From Promethearchaeota archaeon (GTDB lineage Archaea; Asgardarchaeota; Lokiarchaeia; Sigyniarchaeales; SOKP01), in contig SHMW01000081.1 in the NCBI GenBank assembly GCA_008080735.1, positions 1 through 19,520 on the forward strand: DNA of 19,520 bases, in the 5' to 3' direction. Both the position numbers and the translations under genes were made by a program. The notes beneath the pieces were generated by a model that was not told the origin of the DNA, did not search any database, and saw nothing but the letters and a program-made list of their open reading frames with translations. Every line of letters begins with the position of its first letter. Positions within the stretch are counted from its first letter, which is position 1. Positions 1 through 8,674 of the stretch are shown in pieces.

Positions 1-123
1 TTACATGCTATATCTGAGATTTATGATATGAATGGAAAACTAATCTCCACGGGAAACTCTAATATGATACGTACAAACTTTAAGCCCGATTATGTTAAAG
101 CTGTGGATGAAAGTGAAGACTAA
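1..123 (+). CDS. 3' end of a gene entering the window, possibly a PaaI/hotdog-fold thioesterase
   Basis: Frame 1 is open from base 1 to TAA at 121-123: LHAISEIYDMNGKLISTGNSNMIRTNFKPDYVKAVDESED*. 'SEIYDxNGKLISTG' resembles the final beta-hairpin of hotdog-fold thioesterases. Confidence 0.55.
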   Translation, partial: LHAISEIYDMNGKLISTGNSNMIRTNFKPDYVKAVDESED

Positions 124-234
124 TGGAAAATTCTTATGGTTATTATTTGTTATTAAATACGCTTTCTATTAATATTTCGGATTTATTATCTCAAATTAGG
201 TATAACCTTGTAGATTGATAATCTCAAAAGAAAG

Positions 235-268
235 ACATAGTCAAAAACAGCACATAGTCAAAAACAGC
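235..268. repeat. Perfect 17-bp tandem duplication (ACATAGTCAAAAACAGC x2)
   Basis: Identical units at 235-251 and 252-268, in the spacer between convergent genes. Confidence 0.95.
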
Positions 269-346
269 ATTATATATTAAATAATGGTCAAATTATCAAG
301 GTTTAATTCAATTTCATCTTTGATAAAAAGACCTTAAACTTGGATC

Positions 347-880
347 TCATAATTCATATTTGAGATTGATTATAAAGGTGGTTACAATTCCATTTTCAAT
401 CGACAACTTCATAACACTCGGTCGCGCAAGGGGTTTTTCAAAGCCTTTTATCTGGTTGGGTGCTTCTGGCATAGTTGGAGAGCCAGGATTTAATAACAAT
501 ACATTATATTCTGTACCTTTTATCAATGGTTTATGCGTATGACCAAAAATCAAAATCCCATCTATTAATTTATTTTTTTCACAAAATAAGTTTAAATCTT
601 CTGGTAATCTATGGATTACTCCTATTGGTTTTGAAAACTCTTGAGTGGTTATTGTTAAGAACGTTTCTGATTCAAATCCGATATCATTCTCCCCTAGCAC
701 ATAAGTGACAGGGGCAATGTTTTGAAGAGTTTGAAGAACCCTTTTAGAACCAATATCTCCAGCGTGAATTATACGATCCACATCTATGAATATCGTTTCT
801 AATTCTTGCAAAACAGATTGTATTTCCTTTTCTCTTAATTTATCTATGTGTGTATCTGAAATTATGCCGAATTTAACCAT
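347..880 (-). CDS. YfcE/MJ0936/Vps29-family metallophosphoesterase
   Basis: Motifs IISDTH, HAGD, GEND, FGHTH and LNPGS; 177 aa. Confidence 0.9.
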   Translation of the reverse strand: MVKFGIISDTHIDKLREKEIQSVLQELETIFIDVDRIIHAGDIGSKRVLQTLQNIAPVTYVLGENDIGFESETFLTITTQEFSKPIGVIHRLPEDLNLFCEKNKLIDGILIFGHTHKPLIKGTEYNVLLLNPGSPTMPEAPNQIKGFEKPLARPSVMKLSIENGIVTTFIINLKYEL

Positions 881-892
881 TATTATCTAACT

Positions 893-1954
893 CTATATAA
901 TAAAAACACCAACAATAAAAATAAGAGCTCCAATAAGTAGGTCAACTAATATACGAATATATTTATCAGAGCCAGTTTCTCCTATCTTTTGATTATTTTT
1001 AAAATATCTCCCAAATTCTCTCAGTCCATTTTGGATCGCGGTTTTAATCCTGGAAAATTGCCAAATAAATAATGCTATTCCGATAATGAGCAAAGGAATG
1101 TAGAGATAAAGTGAAAAGGGTATAAAATCATTTGGATAATTCCATAAAACATGTGCAGAAATAATATTATTAAACGCATGCGCAAAAATCAATGGAAAGA
1201 TCCATTTTTTTCTTAATAAGAACAACGCTAGAATTATGCCAACTAATGATGTTTGGGTGAACCATACTAAGGGATACCATATCGGATAATTAGCACTTAT
1301 CGGATTGAAAAAATATGCAAAATGTCCCAAACCAAAATAGAGTGATGATATAATAACTGCCGAATTCTTTTGAAAATAATCGCTCCCCCTCTTAGCAATA
1401 AAACCTCTGGCAAGAGTCTCTTCATAAATACCCACGGAAAATTGGACGAGAAGAACCGAGATGAGAAAAATAAAATAATTATCATTCAATAAATAATTAT
1501 TCGCGGCATTGGCATAGGTCAGAGAATTGACTGTATATTCAATTGTTCCTGGCATAAGAAGGTATATTATGAAATCAAGAGGAATAAAGACGATAAATAA
1601 TATAAGTATTCCGTAAAGCATTTGATATTTAAAATTAGAAGAGGTTATACGATACAATTTTAAATGACTTTTTGCCGGATTGATATCTTCTTCAAGGATG
1701 ACTTCTCTTTTTTGCCATTCAAGAATGAAGTTGGTGAGTAATAAAAATATGGGGATTGCTATGATGATCCCTATTGCGCGGAGAAGAAAAGATAACGCTC
1801 CAAAGAAAATAGGATCTTCGACCATTAAATCTTGAAATAATAAGGATGGAATAAATGTAAATAAAAATATTCCTAAAAATACTAATATCACTTCAATAAA
1901 GAAACGAAATCGATCTCGCAAAATTTTTTTACTTGGCTTTTCTTGCAGACTCAA
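893..1954 (-). CDS. CPBP (Abi/CAAX type II) intramembrane glutamic protease
   Basis: EExxxRG (YEETLARGF), FGLGH and HAFNN motifs; many hydrophobic helices; TTG start. Confidence 0.9.
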   Translation of the reverse strand: MSLQEKPSKKILRDRFRFFIEVILVFLGIFLFTFIPSLLFQDLMVEDPIFFGALSFLLRAIGIIIAIPIFLLLTNFILEWQKREVILEEDINPAKSHLKLYRITSSNFKYQMLYGILILFIVFIPLDFIIYLLMPGTIEYTVNSLTYANAANNYLLNDNYFIFLISVLLVQFSVGIYEETLARGFIAKRGSDYFQKNSAVIISSLYFGLGHFAYFFNPISANYPIWYPLVWFTQTSLVGIILALFLLRKKWIFPLIFAHAFNNIISAHVLWNYPNDFIPFSLYLYIPLLIIGIALFIWQFSRIKTAIQNGLREFGRYFKNNQKIGETGSDKYIRILVDLLIGALIFIVGVFII

Positions 1955-2004
1955 ATTAAAAACTCCTTTTTGATGTCAATTTGAAGATTAATAAACAAGG
2001 AATT

Positions 2005-2982
2005 TTAAATTTTGTTATTTATAGAATTTTCAAACTGCTTGACTTCATTTAGCAACGGGATCCCATAACGCGCTCCTAATTGTTGGATACATTTCCCTGC
2101 CACAAAATTTCCTATTTCCACACACCTAATTAAATTTTTAAATTGTAAACGCTTTTTCTTATGAAATTTATATATAAAACCTGCTGAAAATGCATCTCCT
2201 GCACCAGTTGTATCTACAACGCTTACATTCTCAATAGGGTTAACAATTTGAGAATCTTTATGAGAGATTAATAATGCACCCCTTTTTCCGAGAGTTATAA
2301 CAATAATTTCTATACCCAACTCCTTAAGGATTTCACAAGACGTCTCATAATGGTCTTTTTTAAAGTTGACCTCCCCATTAATCGCTAGCAATGACCTAAA
2401 TTCATTCTCAGAGAGAATTAAAATATCTATCTTTTGAAGAAGGGACTTAATATGTTCAAATCCTTGTTCTATTATTAGCATTCCTGGATTTAAGATGATT
2501 GGAATGCTAAAATCCTTTGCGAATGTACACGCTTTAATAAAAGGCTCAATATTTTTTAGACTACTTAAATATAGGATATTAGCATTATTAATCTCATTTT
2601 CTTTAATATCCGAAGAAGATAAGTAATTCGCGGCTCCACTATGGGCATAAATTCTCCTATCTCCTGCAGAATTTAGTGCAACATACGCAGAACCCGTTTT
2701 ATACGCTTTTGAATATTTGATATATTCAATACTCACAGACTCTGTTTCGAAATCTTTAATAATTTTTGCTCCGAATTCATCATCTAATCCTAATTTACCT
2801 ATAAATGCGGTATTTAGTCCCAATTTGGAACAGGCTACCGAAGTATTCGCAGCAGCACCTCCTGACAAGATATTTAACTCCGATACAAAAACCTCGTCAT
2901 CTTCTAATGGATGACGTTCTACTTGAGCCACCATATCCACCAAAGCAGCTCCAATGCAGATTACATCATATTTTTTTAGCAT
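2005..2982 (-). CDS. PfkB/ribokinase-family carbohydrate or nucleoside kinase
   Basis: GGAAAN...G.LG.D.FG N-terminal signature, ITLGKRGA, and the DTTGAGDAF anion-hole motif. Confidence 0.93.
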   Translation of the reverse strand: MLKKYDVICIGAALVDMVAQVERHPLEDDEVFVSELNILSGGAAANTSVACSKLGLNTAFIGKLGLDDEFGAKIIKDFETESVSIEYIKYSKAYKTGSAYVALNSAGDRRIYAHSGAANYLSSSDIKENEINNANILYLSSLKNIEPFIKACTFAKDFSIPIILNPGMLIIEQGFEHIKSLLQKIDILILSENEFRSLLAINGEVNFKKDHYETSCEILKELGIEIIVITLGKRGALLISHKDSQIVNPIENVSVVDTTGAGDAFSAGFIYKFHKKKRLQFKNLIRCVEIGNFVAGKCIQQLGARYGIPLLNEVKQFENSINNKI

Positions 2983-2993
2983 TTTAGATACCC

Positions 2994-4181
2994 TTAATGG
3001 TTATATGTAAATTTTCCAAATGGAGAATTTATAGTTAAACTGTTCTGATTCTTTGATTCCGATTTTTCACAGAAACCTATTATCTTTGCTTTGATGTGAT
3101 ATTTTTCTGATAGCTCAATAATCTCATTCGAAATTGATTCTTTACAAAAGATTTCAAGTCTATGCCCCATATTAAACACTTGATACATTTCTCTCCAAGT
3201 TGTTTGTGATGAGGCTTGAATAATTTCAAAAATCGAAGGCAGTTCAAAAAGATCATCTTTAATATAGTGAATTCCGTTCCCAAAATTCAAATCTTTTGTC
3301 TGACCTCCACCTGTATTATGAATTATCCCGTGAATATCATATCGGAATTTATCAAAGATATCAATAAGGAGCGGAGAATAGGTCCGCGTGGGAGAGAGAA
3401 GAGCTTTTCCAATGTCCATATCCAATCCATTTGCTTTTTCTGTAAGCTCATGATTTCCAAAAAAGGCTAGATCCTCATCTAAATTATGATCATAGCATTC
3501 AGGATATTTTTCATAATATATATGAGATAATGTTCCATGCCGAGCCAAAGTGAGCCCATTACTTCCAATTCCGCTGTTGAATTCTTCTTCATAGCTAGAT
3601 TTTCCAGAGCTTGCGAATCCAATGATAACATCGCCCTTCTTGATATTACCCGCATCAATTACATCCGCTTTCTTCATCGTTGTAAAAACCGATGCATTTA
3701 CCAACAGAGTTTTAACTAAATCTCCGACATCAGCAGTCTCCCCGCCACAATTATATATATTAAGTCCGAGAGAGTTCAAAGCCTTACTGAATTTATCATA
3801 TTCGTTAATTATCGTGGAAATAATCTTACCAGATATGAGTATTCCGTTACGATCTATGGTATTGGATAAGAAATAATTTTCTGAAGCTCCGACAGCGAAT
3901 ATATCATCAATATTCATCACCATCGCATCATGAACGATACCATTAAAAACACTTATGTCACCGGTCTCTTTAAAATACATATAGGCAAGTCCCGCTTTGG
4001 TCCCCGCTCCATCGGCATGAAAAACAGAGCAATAATCATCCCTACCGCTTACATCCGGCAAAATTTTACAAAACGCACCTGGAAATAAACCTTTATCTAA
4101 ATTTTCAATAGCATTATGTACATCTTCCTTATTAGAAGAGGCACCTAATTTAGAGTATAAATTTTCTCTTTGCTTTGCCAT
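2994..4181 (-). CDS. purM: Phosphoribosylformylglycinamidine cyclo-ligase (AIR synthase, long variant)
   Basis: HADGAGTK, MNIDD, GGETAD, SNGLTLAR, HNTGGG and VFNMG motifs; lies directly downstream of purB. Confidence 0.9.
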   Translation of the reverse strand: MAKQRENLYSKLGASSNKEDVHNAIENLDKGLFPGAFCKILPDVSGRDDYCSVFHADGAGTKAGLAYMYFKETGDISVFNGIVHDAMVMNIDDIFAVGASENYFLSNTIDRNGILISGKIISTIINEYDKFSKALNSLGLNIYNCGGETADVGDLVKTLLVNASVFTTMKKADVIDAGNIKKGDVIIGFASSGKSSYEEEFNSGIGSNGLTLARHGTLSHIYYEKYPECYDHNLDEDLAFFGNHELTEKANGLDMDIGKALLSPTRTYSPLLIDIFDKFRYDIHGIIHNTGGGQTKDLNFGNGIHYIKDDLFELPSIFEIIQASSQTTWREMYQVFNMGHRLEIFCKESISNEIIELSEKYHIKAKIIGFCEKSESKNQNSLTINSPFGKFTYNH

Positions 4182-4190
4182 TTTTTTACT

Positions 4191-5555
4191 TTAGAATTGA
4201 AAATTATATTTTTCTTTGATATAGGATAATAAATTCTCTGTTTGTTCAACTGCTTGGCCAATATATTTGTGGGGATCAAATAAATCCTCCATCTCTTCTT
4301 TTGTAAATTTATTCTGAATTTTTTCATCTTCCAAAAGAATTTCCATCATGAATCTATCCTCCTCTCGCGCTTTAATAGCCGCGCGCCGTAATAATTCATG
4401 ACCATCTTGACGTCCGATCCCTCGTTCTACTAATGAAACCATGACTTTCTCTGCCAAACAAGCTCCTTTCGTTAAATTAAGGTTTTTTTCTATATTTTTT
4501 TCATTAAATACCAAATTTTGTATATTATTGGTAAGCTGTTGAATCATAAAATCGAGAAAGATGAAATTTTCTGGAAATAATACTCTTTCATCAGCAGAAT
4601 TGGTCAGATCTCTCTCATCCTCTAAAATCATATTGTCTAATCCCGCAATTACGTTTGATTTTAAGATTCTTGCCAGACTACAAATTCTCTCTGATTTATG
4701 TGGATTTCTCTTATGTGGCATGGTAGAACTTCCAACTTGACTCTTTTTAAATGGTTCAAACATCTCTGCTATCTCATTTCTTTGCAAGATTCTGTTTTCT
4801 CTAGCAATCTTGGCAAGTGTTTGACCTATTATAGAGGTTAAATTGAGGACTTCTGCGTGCCTGTCTCTCTGGACAATCTGATTTGCGATCTTTACTGGGT
4901 TCAAATTGAGTTCTTTCATTACGATATTTTGAATTTCAATACCTTTCTCTCCAAAACTAGCCATTGTTCCTACCGCACCAGACATTTTCCCGTAAGATAT
5001 TCGTTCTCGGACTTGATGGAGTCTGTCGATATGGCGGTCTATCTCATATGCCCATACGCCAAATCTCATGCCATAAGTAGTTGGAATTGCGTGCTGCCCG
5101 TGAGTTCGACCGATGCAAACCAGTTCCTTTTTATTTTCCGCTTTTATTGCTAATTCTTTAAGTAAAGCAGTCAATGATTTTTCCAAATAATTCAAAGCTT
5201 CTTTTAATTGGAGAGCCATTGCAGTGTCTTCAATATCATAACTTGTGGCCCCTAAATGAATGTATTTTCCAGCATTACCATCACATTGCTCATCTAATGC
5301 CTTTACCATGGCCATAAGATCATGGTGTATTTCTTTATCGATTTCCTTTACTCTTTCCACTTTTACAAAATCTAAATTTGCTTTACGCGCTATTTCCTCA
5401 GCAACTTCTTTAGGTATATTACCCAATTCAGCATGTGCTTTAGCTAAAACTGCTTCCACTTTAAGCCAATTTTCTAATTTTTTATCTTCCGTGAAAAGTT
5501 CCGCTATATCTGTGCGATATCGAGTTTCCACTGGATGAATAAATTTATGCGTCAT
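4191..5555 (-). CDS. purB: Adenylosuccinate lyase
   Basis: HHDLMA, IHLGATSYD, GRTHGQHA and the GSSTMPHKRNP signature. Confidence 0.97.
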   Translation of the reverse strand: MTHKFIHPVETRYRTDIAELFTEDKKLENWLKVEAVLAKAHAELGNIPKEVAEEIARKANLDFVKVERVKEIDKEIHHDLMAMVKALDEQCDGNAGKYIHLGATSYDIEDTAMALQLKEALNYLEKSLTALLKELAIKAENKKELVCIGRTHGQHAIPTTYGMRFGVWAYEIDRHIDRLHQVRERISYGKMSGAVGTMASFGEKGIEIQNIVMKELNLNPVKIANQIVQRDRHAEVLNLTSIIGQTLAKIARENRILQRNEIAEMFEPFKKSQVGSSTMPHKRNPHKSERICSLARILKSNVIAGLDNMILEDERDLTNSADERVLFPENFIFLDFMIQQLTNNIQNLVFNEKNIEKNLNLTKGACLAEKVMVSLVERGIGRQDGHELLRRAAIKAREEDRFMMEILLEDEKIQNKFTKEEMEDLFDPHKYIGQAVEQTENLLSYIKEKYNFQF

Positions 5556-5695
5556 TCTATTTCTTATTAAGATTGGATAAAAAATATATTTTTTACTAAT
5601 TGATTTGTGAATTTATTAATAACTTACTGAAATTAAGGTTTTTAAAAATAACTAGAATAAGGATAGGCAGAGCGGAAATTCTTTAAAATCTAAAT

Positions 5696-6376
5696 TTATA
5701 CGCTTGTACTACTTAATAATAGCATTATATAGTCCGCTACAGCCTCAATAGCATCCGAAATTGCTTCGATAATATCTATTGTATTGCCAACTACGAATAT
5801 TGAAAAACTATTCACATCATAAGGAGTTTCTTGAAGACTGCGCCTTAATTCTATATTCAAGATATCCACTTCATGTTCCAATTTATTAATTTTTTCAGCA
5901 AATTCCCTTATGTTTTGTCTTTTTCCCAGTAGATCAGATACAATCTTGTCCAAATATTTGGAACATTCCACTGTCTTGTCCATCATCTGAATTATCAGAT
6001 CTATTGATTTACTACTCGATTGCTCCCAAAACATTATCGGAATTGTATTTATTCTCCGTGCCACACCAGTAGAACAATTGGCCACATCATCGAGTCTTTT
6101 TATTAAATGTGAGAGGTCTGTTCGTACACTCGGATTAAGTTCTCCCTTTGATATTAAAGACAATATATCTCTTCTGATTGTATCAGCATCTCCTTCCAAC
6201 AAGTCAACCTGATGAAGAATATTGTGAGCTTTATCTATATCTTTTTTTTGGATAAGAATTTTTACACCTTTATCAAGTTTCTCAACACTTTCTTGAACTT
6301 TTATCGCATGGTCAATTGCTTTTTCTAGTACACTTTTAGCTGTTTCCTTTTTAAAATATTCTATTAAAGATCCCAT
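5696..6376 (-). CDS. DUF47/PhoU-like phosphate transport regulator
   Basis: LEGDADTIRR and LEHEVD repeats, DDVAN and ISDAIE; adjacent to PiT. The start is re-assigned to ATG at 6376 (MGSLIEYF), which is preceded by SD-like GTGAAGGA. The 6445 start runs through AT-rich spacer and overlaps the PiT gene. Confidence 0.88.
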   Translation of the reverse strand: MGSLIEYFKKETAKSVLEKAIDHAIKVQESVEKLDKGVKILIQKKDIDKAHNILHQVDLLEGDADTIRRDILSLISKGELNPSVRTDLSHLIKRLDDVANCSTGVARRINTIPIMFWEQSSSKSIDLIIQMMDKTVECSKYLDKIVSDLLGKRQNIREFAEKINKLEHEVDILNIELRRSLQETPYDVNSFSIFVVGNTIDIIEAISDAIEAVADYIMLLLSSTSV

Positions 6377-6431
6377 ATCCTTCACTAATATACTTATTTT
6401 AATAATATATAATCTATATATTTTATATAGT

Positions 6432-7457
6432 TTATGATAATCCAACTATAAGAAAATTCCAATAGATAAAACCCGCTAATATCGCCGCAATCGGAAAGGT
6501 CAAAATCCAATAAGCACCCATTTTAAACAATCCTTTCTTGTCTGTCTCTTTCTTTTGTGATAAATTTAAACCTATTATACAAAATACTATAACATGAGAA
6601 TGAGAAATTGGTAATCCCATAAATGTGGCGATCATTAGAATTATCGCGGATGAGGATTGGAGGATTAGTCCTTCAGAAGGACGGGCATTAGTCATTTGAC
6701 TTGCTAAATTTCTTATTACATACCTTCCAGCAATATATATGCCCAAAAAAACAAATATACCACAAATTATAACAAAAATATAATATTGACCTAAATCTAT
6801 GAAGTTGCTATTATATAAACCATAGAAAATACCAATACATTCAGCGGAGTTGGCTCCAACCCAAATTTCAGCAAATACAACTGCAATTAATAATAACCAT
6901 TTACAATTTCTTTCTGCTTTTTCTATTTGATTCAAACCCCTTAATTTAGAAAGATAAAACCGAGCAATTATCTTAAATAATATAAAGGTAATTATCAATC
7001 CGAAAGCAGGAGAGAGAAACCATCCCAGCACTACATTAAATAATTTTTCATAATTAAGAGCGGTTGCGGGATCAATTCCTCCCTCAAATATAGAATAAAC
7101 GATAAGAACGCCAAAAATACTCCCTACAGTACTGTGGGTCGAGCTTAGTGGAATTCCACTAAATGAACCGATAACTAACCAAATAATACTGCTTATTAAC
7201 ACAGCAAGTAGCATCAATTGGGTATATTTTATTCCACTCCCAAGAATATCCGCTCCAACGGTTTCCCCTACCCCTTGGCTAAAAAAAATCATCCCAAATC
7301 CCGTCGCAGCCCCTCCGATTATGAGTGCAATTCTGAATTTAATTACTCCAGCACCTACCAGAGCTGATAATGTCTCATCATTGGCACCGATTGAAAATGC
7401 CAAGGAGATACCCATAATTATTAATATTGGAATGAGTAAAAACGCAAATTCTGCCAT
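6432..7457 (-). CDS. PiT-family inorganic phosphate transporter (divergent signatures)
   Basis: IGAND, PLSSTH, VGANS and PISHSH motifs; inverted-repeat membrane architecture; flanked by DUF47-like genes. Confidence 0.9.
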   Translation of the reverse strand: MAEFAFLLIPILIIMGISLAFSIGANDETLSALVGAGVIKFRIALIIGGAATGFGMIFFSQGVGETVGADILGSGIKYTQLMLLAVLISSIIWLVIGSFSGIPLSSTHSTVGSIFGVLIVYSIFEGGIDPATALNYEKLFNVVLGWFLSPAFGLIITFILFKIIARFYLSKLRGLNQIEKAERNCKWLLLIAVVFAEIWVGANSAECIGIFYGLYNSNFIDLGQYYIFVIICGIFVFLGIYIAGRYVIRNLASQMTNARPSEGLILQSSSAIILMIATFMGLPISHSHVIVFCIIGLNLSQKKETDKKGLFKMGAYWILTFPIAAILAGFIYWNFLIVGLS

Positions 7458-7475
7458 GAATTAGAATCCCCTAAA

Positions 7476-8150
7476 TTAATCAAAAATAAGATATTTAGTT
7501 GATAAGAATTGAATGTATTCGGCGAAGTTCTTAATATGATCCGCTAACATCATAATTCCTTCTATTAGTTCCTTCAGATATAAAAACGTTCGAGATAAAT
7601 AATCCATATCGTAGTTCCATAGTCGTTTTAATAAACCAAATTCTTCTTGTCGCATTTGCCGTCTTTCTTCCTTAATATGTTCACAAATATCATGTGATTT
7701 TTCTAGATCAGTTCCAATAAATTTTACCGCATCAGTAATTTTTTCAGAAATGAATCTTAATGATTTAATTATACTTCTTATTCGAAGCTTGAACTCTTCA
7801 TCGGGAAACAAAACTTTATAAAGAAGCATTTTGTTGGCAAGAAACTCCCCGATATTTTTAATATCATTAATCTTACTGAAAATCTTTAGTCGATCGGCTT
7901 TGCTGAACATAAGTCTTGACTTAAAGATTTTCGACTCAAATTTTTTTTTTACTTGAACTTCTGTACTAGTTTGGATAACATAATTCATATTATCTTGAAA
8001 TTCTTCAAAATCTTCATTGATTAGATTTTCAATTCCATCTATTAATATTGAAGTTTGTTTGTTAATTATATCAACAAAAGTATGAGTAAGTTCATCAATA
8101 TCCAATTTTTCTAATCTTTCATTATCAATCGCTTTCATAAATATCCACAT
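7476..8150 (-). CDS. Divergent DUF47/PhoU-like helical protein
   Basis: All-helical acidic protein with 'FSKADRLKIFSKINDI', 'IKEERR' and 'LADHIKNFAEYI', matching the DUF47 layout; directly upstream of PiT. The start may be the ATG at 8138 (MKAID). Confidence 0.7.
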   Translation of the reverse strand: MWIFMKAIDNERLEKLDIDELTHTFVDIINKQTSILIDGIENLINEDFEEFQDNMNYVIQTSTEVQVKKKFESKIFKSRLMFSKADRLKIFSKINDIKNIGEFLANKMLLYKVLFPDEEFKLRIRSIIKSLRFISEKITDAVKFIGTDLEKSHDICEHIKEERRQMRQEEFGLLKRLWNYDMDYLSRTFLYLKELIEGIMMLADHIKNFAEYIQFLSTKYLIFD

Positions 8151-8326
8151 TCGTTTTAAAAAGAATTCTTATAAATCAAAGAGTCGAATTCTGATTTGTT
8201 TATTATAATATATATAGATAATATAAATTTTCGATTGGTCTATTAATAGCTAAATAGGTATATATACAAATCACTAAATCTTCTCTCTCTAGTGTTTTTT
8301 GATAATTGCAGTCTTCATACCTTCAA
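8151..8326. promoter_or_regulatory. Divergent promoter region (phosphate module / Zn-ribbon-tldD-pmbA)
   Basis: AT-rich spacer between divergent genes with several TATA-like boxes (TTTATTATAA, ATATAAA, TATATATA); exact boxes not resolved. Confidence 0.45.
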
Positions 8327-8587
8327 ATGGACAATATCAAGAAATTTTATTTCTTTAGATGTTATCACTGTGGAGAGTGGTATTATTCTTGGAAGCAAAT
8401 ACAAAAAAAAAAGTGTTGGAAATGCAATAAAACCTTTATTTTTAAAAACTCCTCTAAATTCTCTCAAGAATGTTCAACTAGGCAAGCGATAGAAATCATT
8501 AAACGATTAAAAGAAAAAGAAAAGGAGCATAAACCTCAGATGAACAATGGTCAAAATTTCTATTCCATAACGAAATTTGAATTATAA
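8327..8587 (+). CDS. Small Zn-ribbon protein, DUF1922-like
   Basis: FFRCYHCG...KKCWKCNK followed by helix 'AIEIIKRLKE'. ATG at 8327 is preferred over TTG at 8306. Confidence 0.75.
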   Translation: MDNIKKFYFFRCYHCGEWYYSWKQIQKKKCWKCNKTFIFKNSSKFSQECSTRQAIEIIKRLKEKEKEHKPQMNNGQNFYSITKFEL

Positions 8588-8674
8588 AAGCAAACTTTTT
8601 TAGCCTTTTTTCCAAGATCTTTTTAAGTATATTCAAATATTAATTCTATAACCTAACTTAAAAAGGCAAAGGAT

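Noticed and set aside
235-268. Direct repeat as a CRISPR remnant
   Set aside because: Units are adjacent with no spacer, only 17 bp long, and no cas genes are present.
360-5538. Short alternative-frame and antisense ORFs overlapping the pur cluster (e.g. 360-542, 3216-3470, 3622-3876, 4857-5153, 5260-5538)
   Set aside because: They lie almost wholly inside well-supported genes and have no motifs; typical shadow ORFs.
6377-6445. 23-residue N-terminal extension of the DUF47 ORF
   Set aside because: Low-complexity AT-rich translation overlapping the PiT stop; a better start with an SD-like motif exists at 6376.
8292-8492. 66-aa ORF overlapping the Zn-ribbon gene in another frame
   Set aside because: No motifs; the competing frame has a clear CxxC-CxxC pattern.
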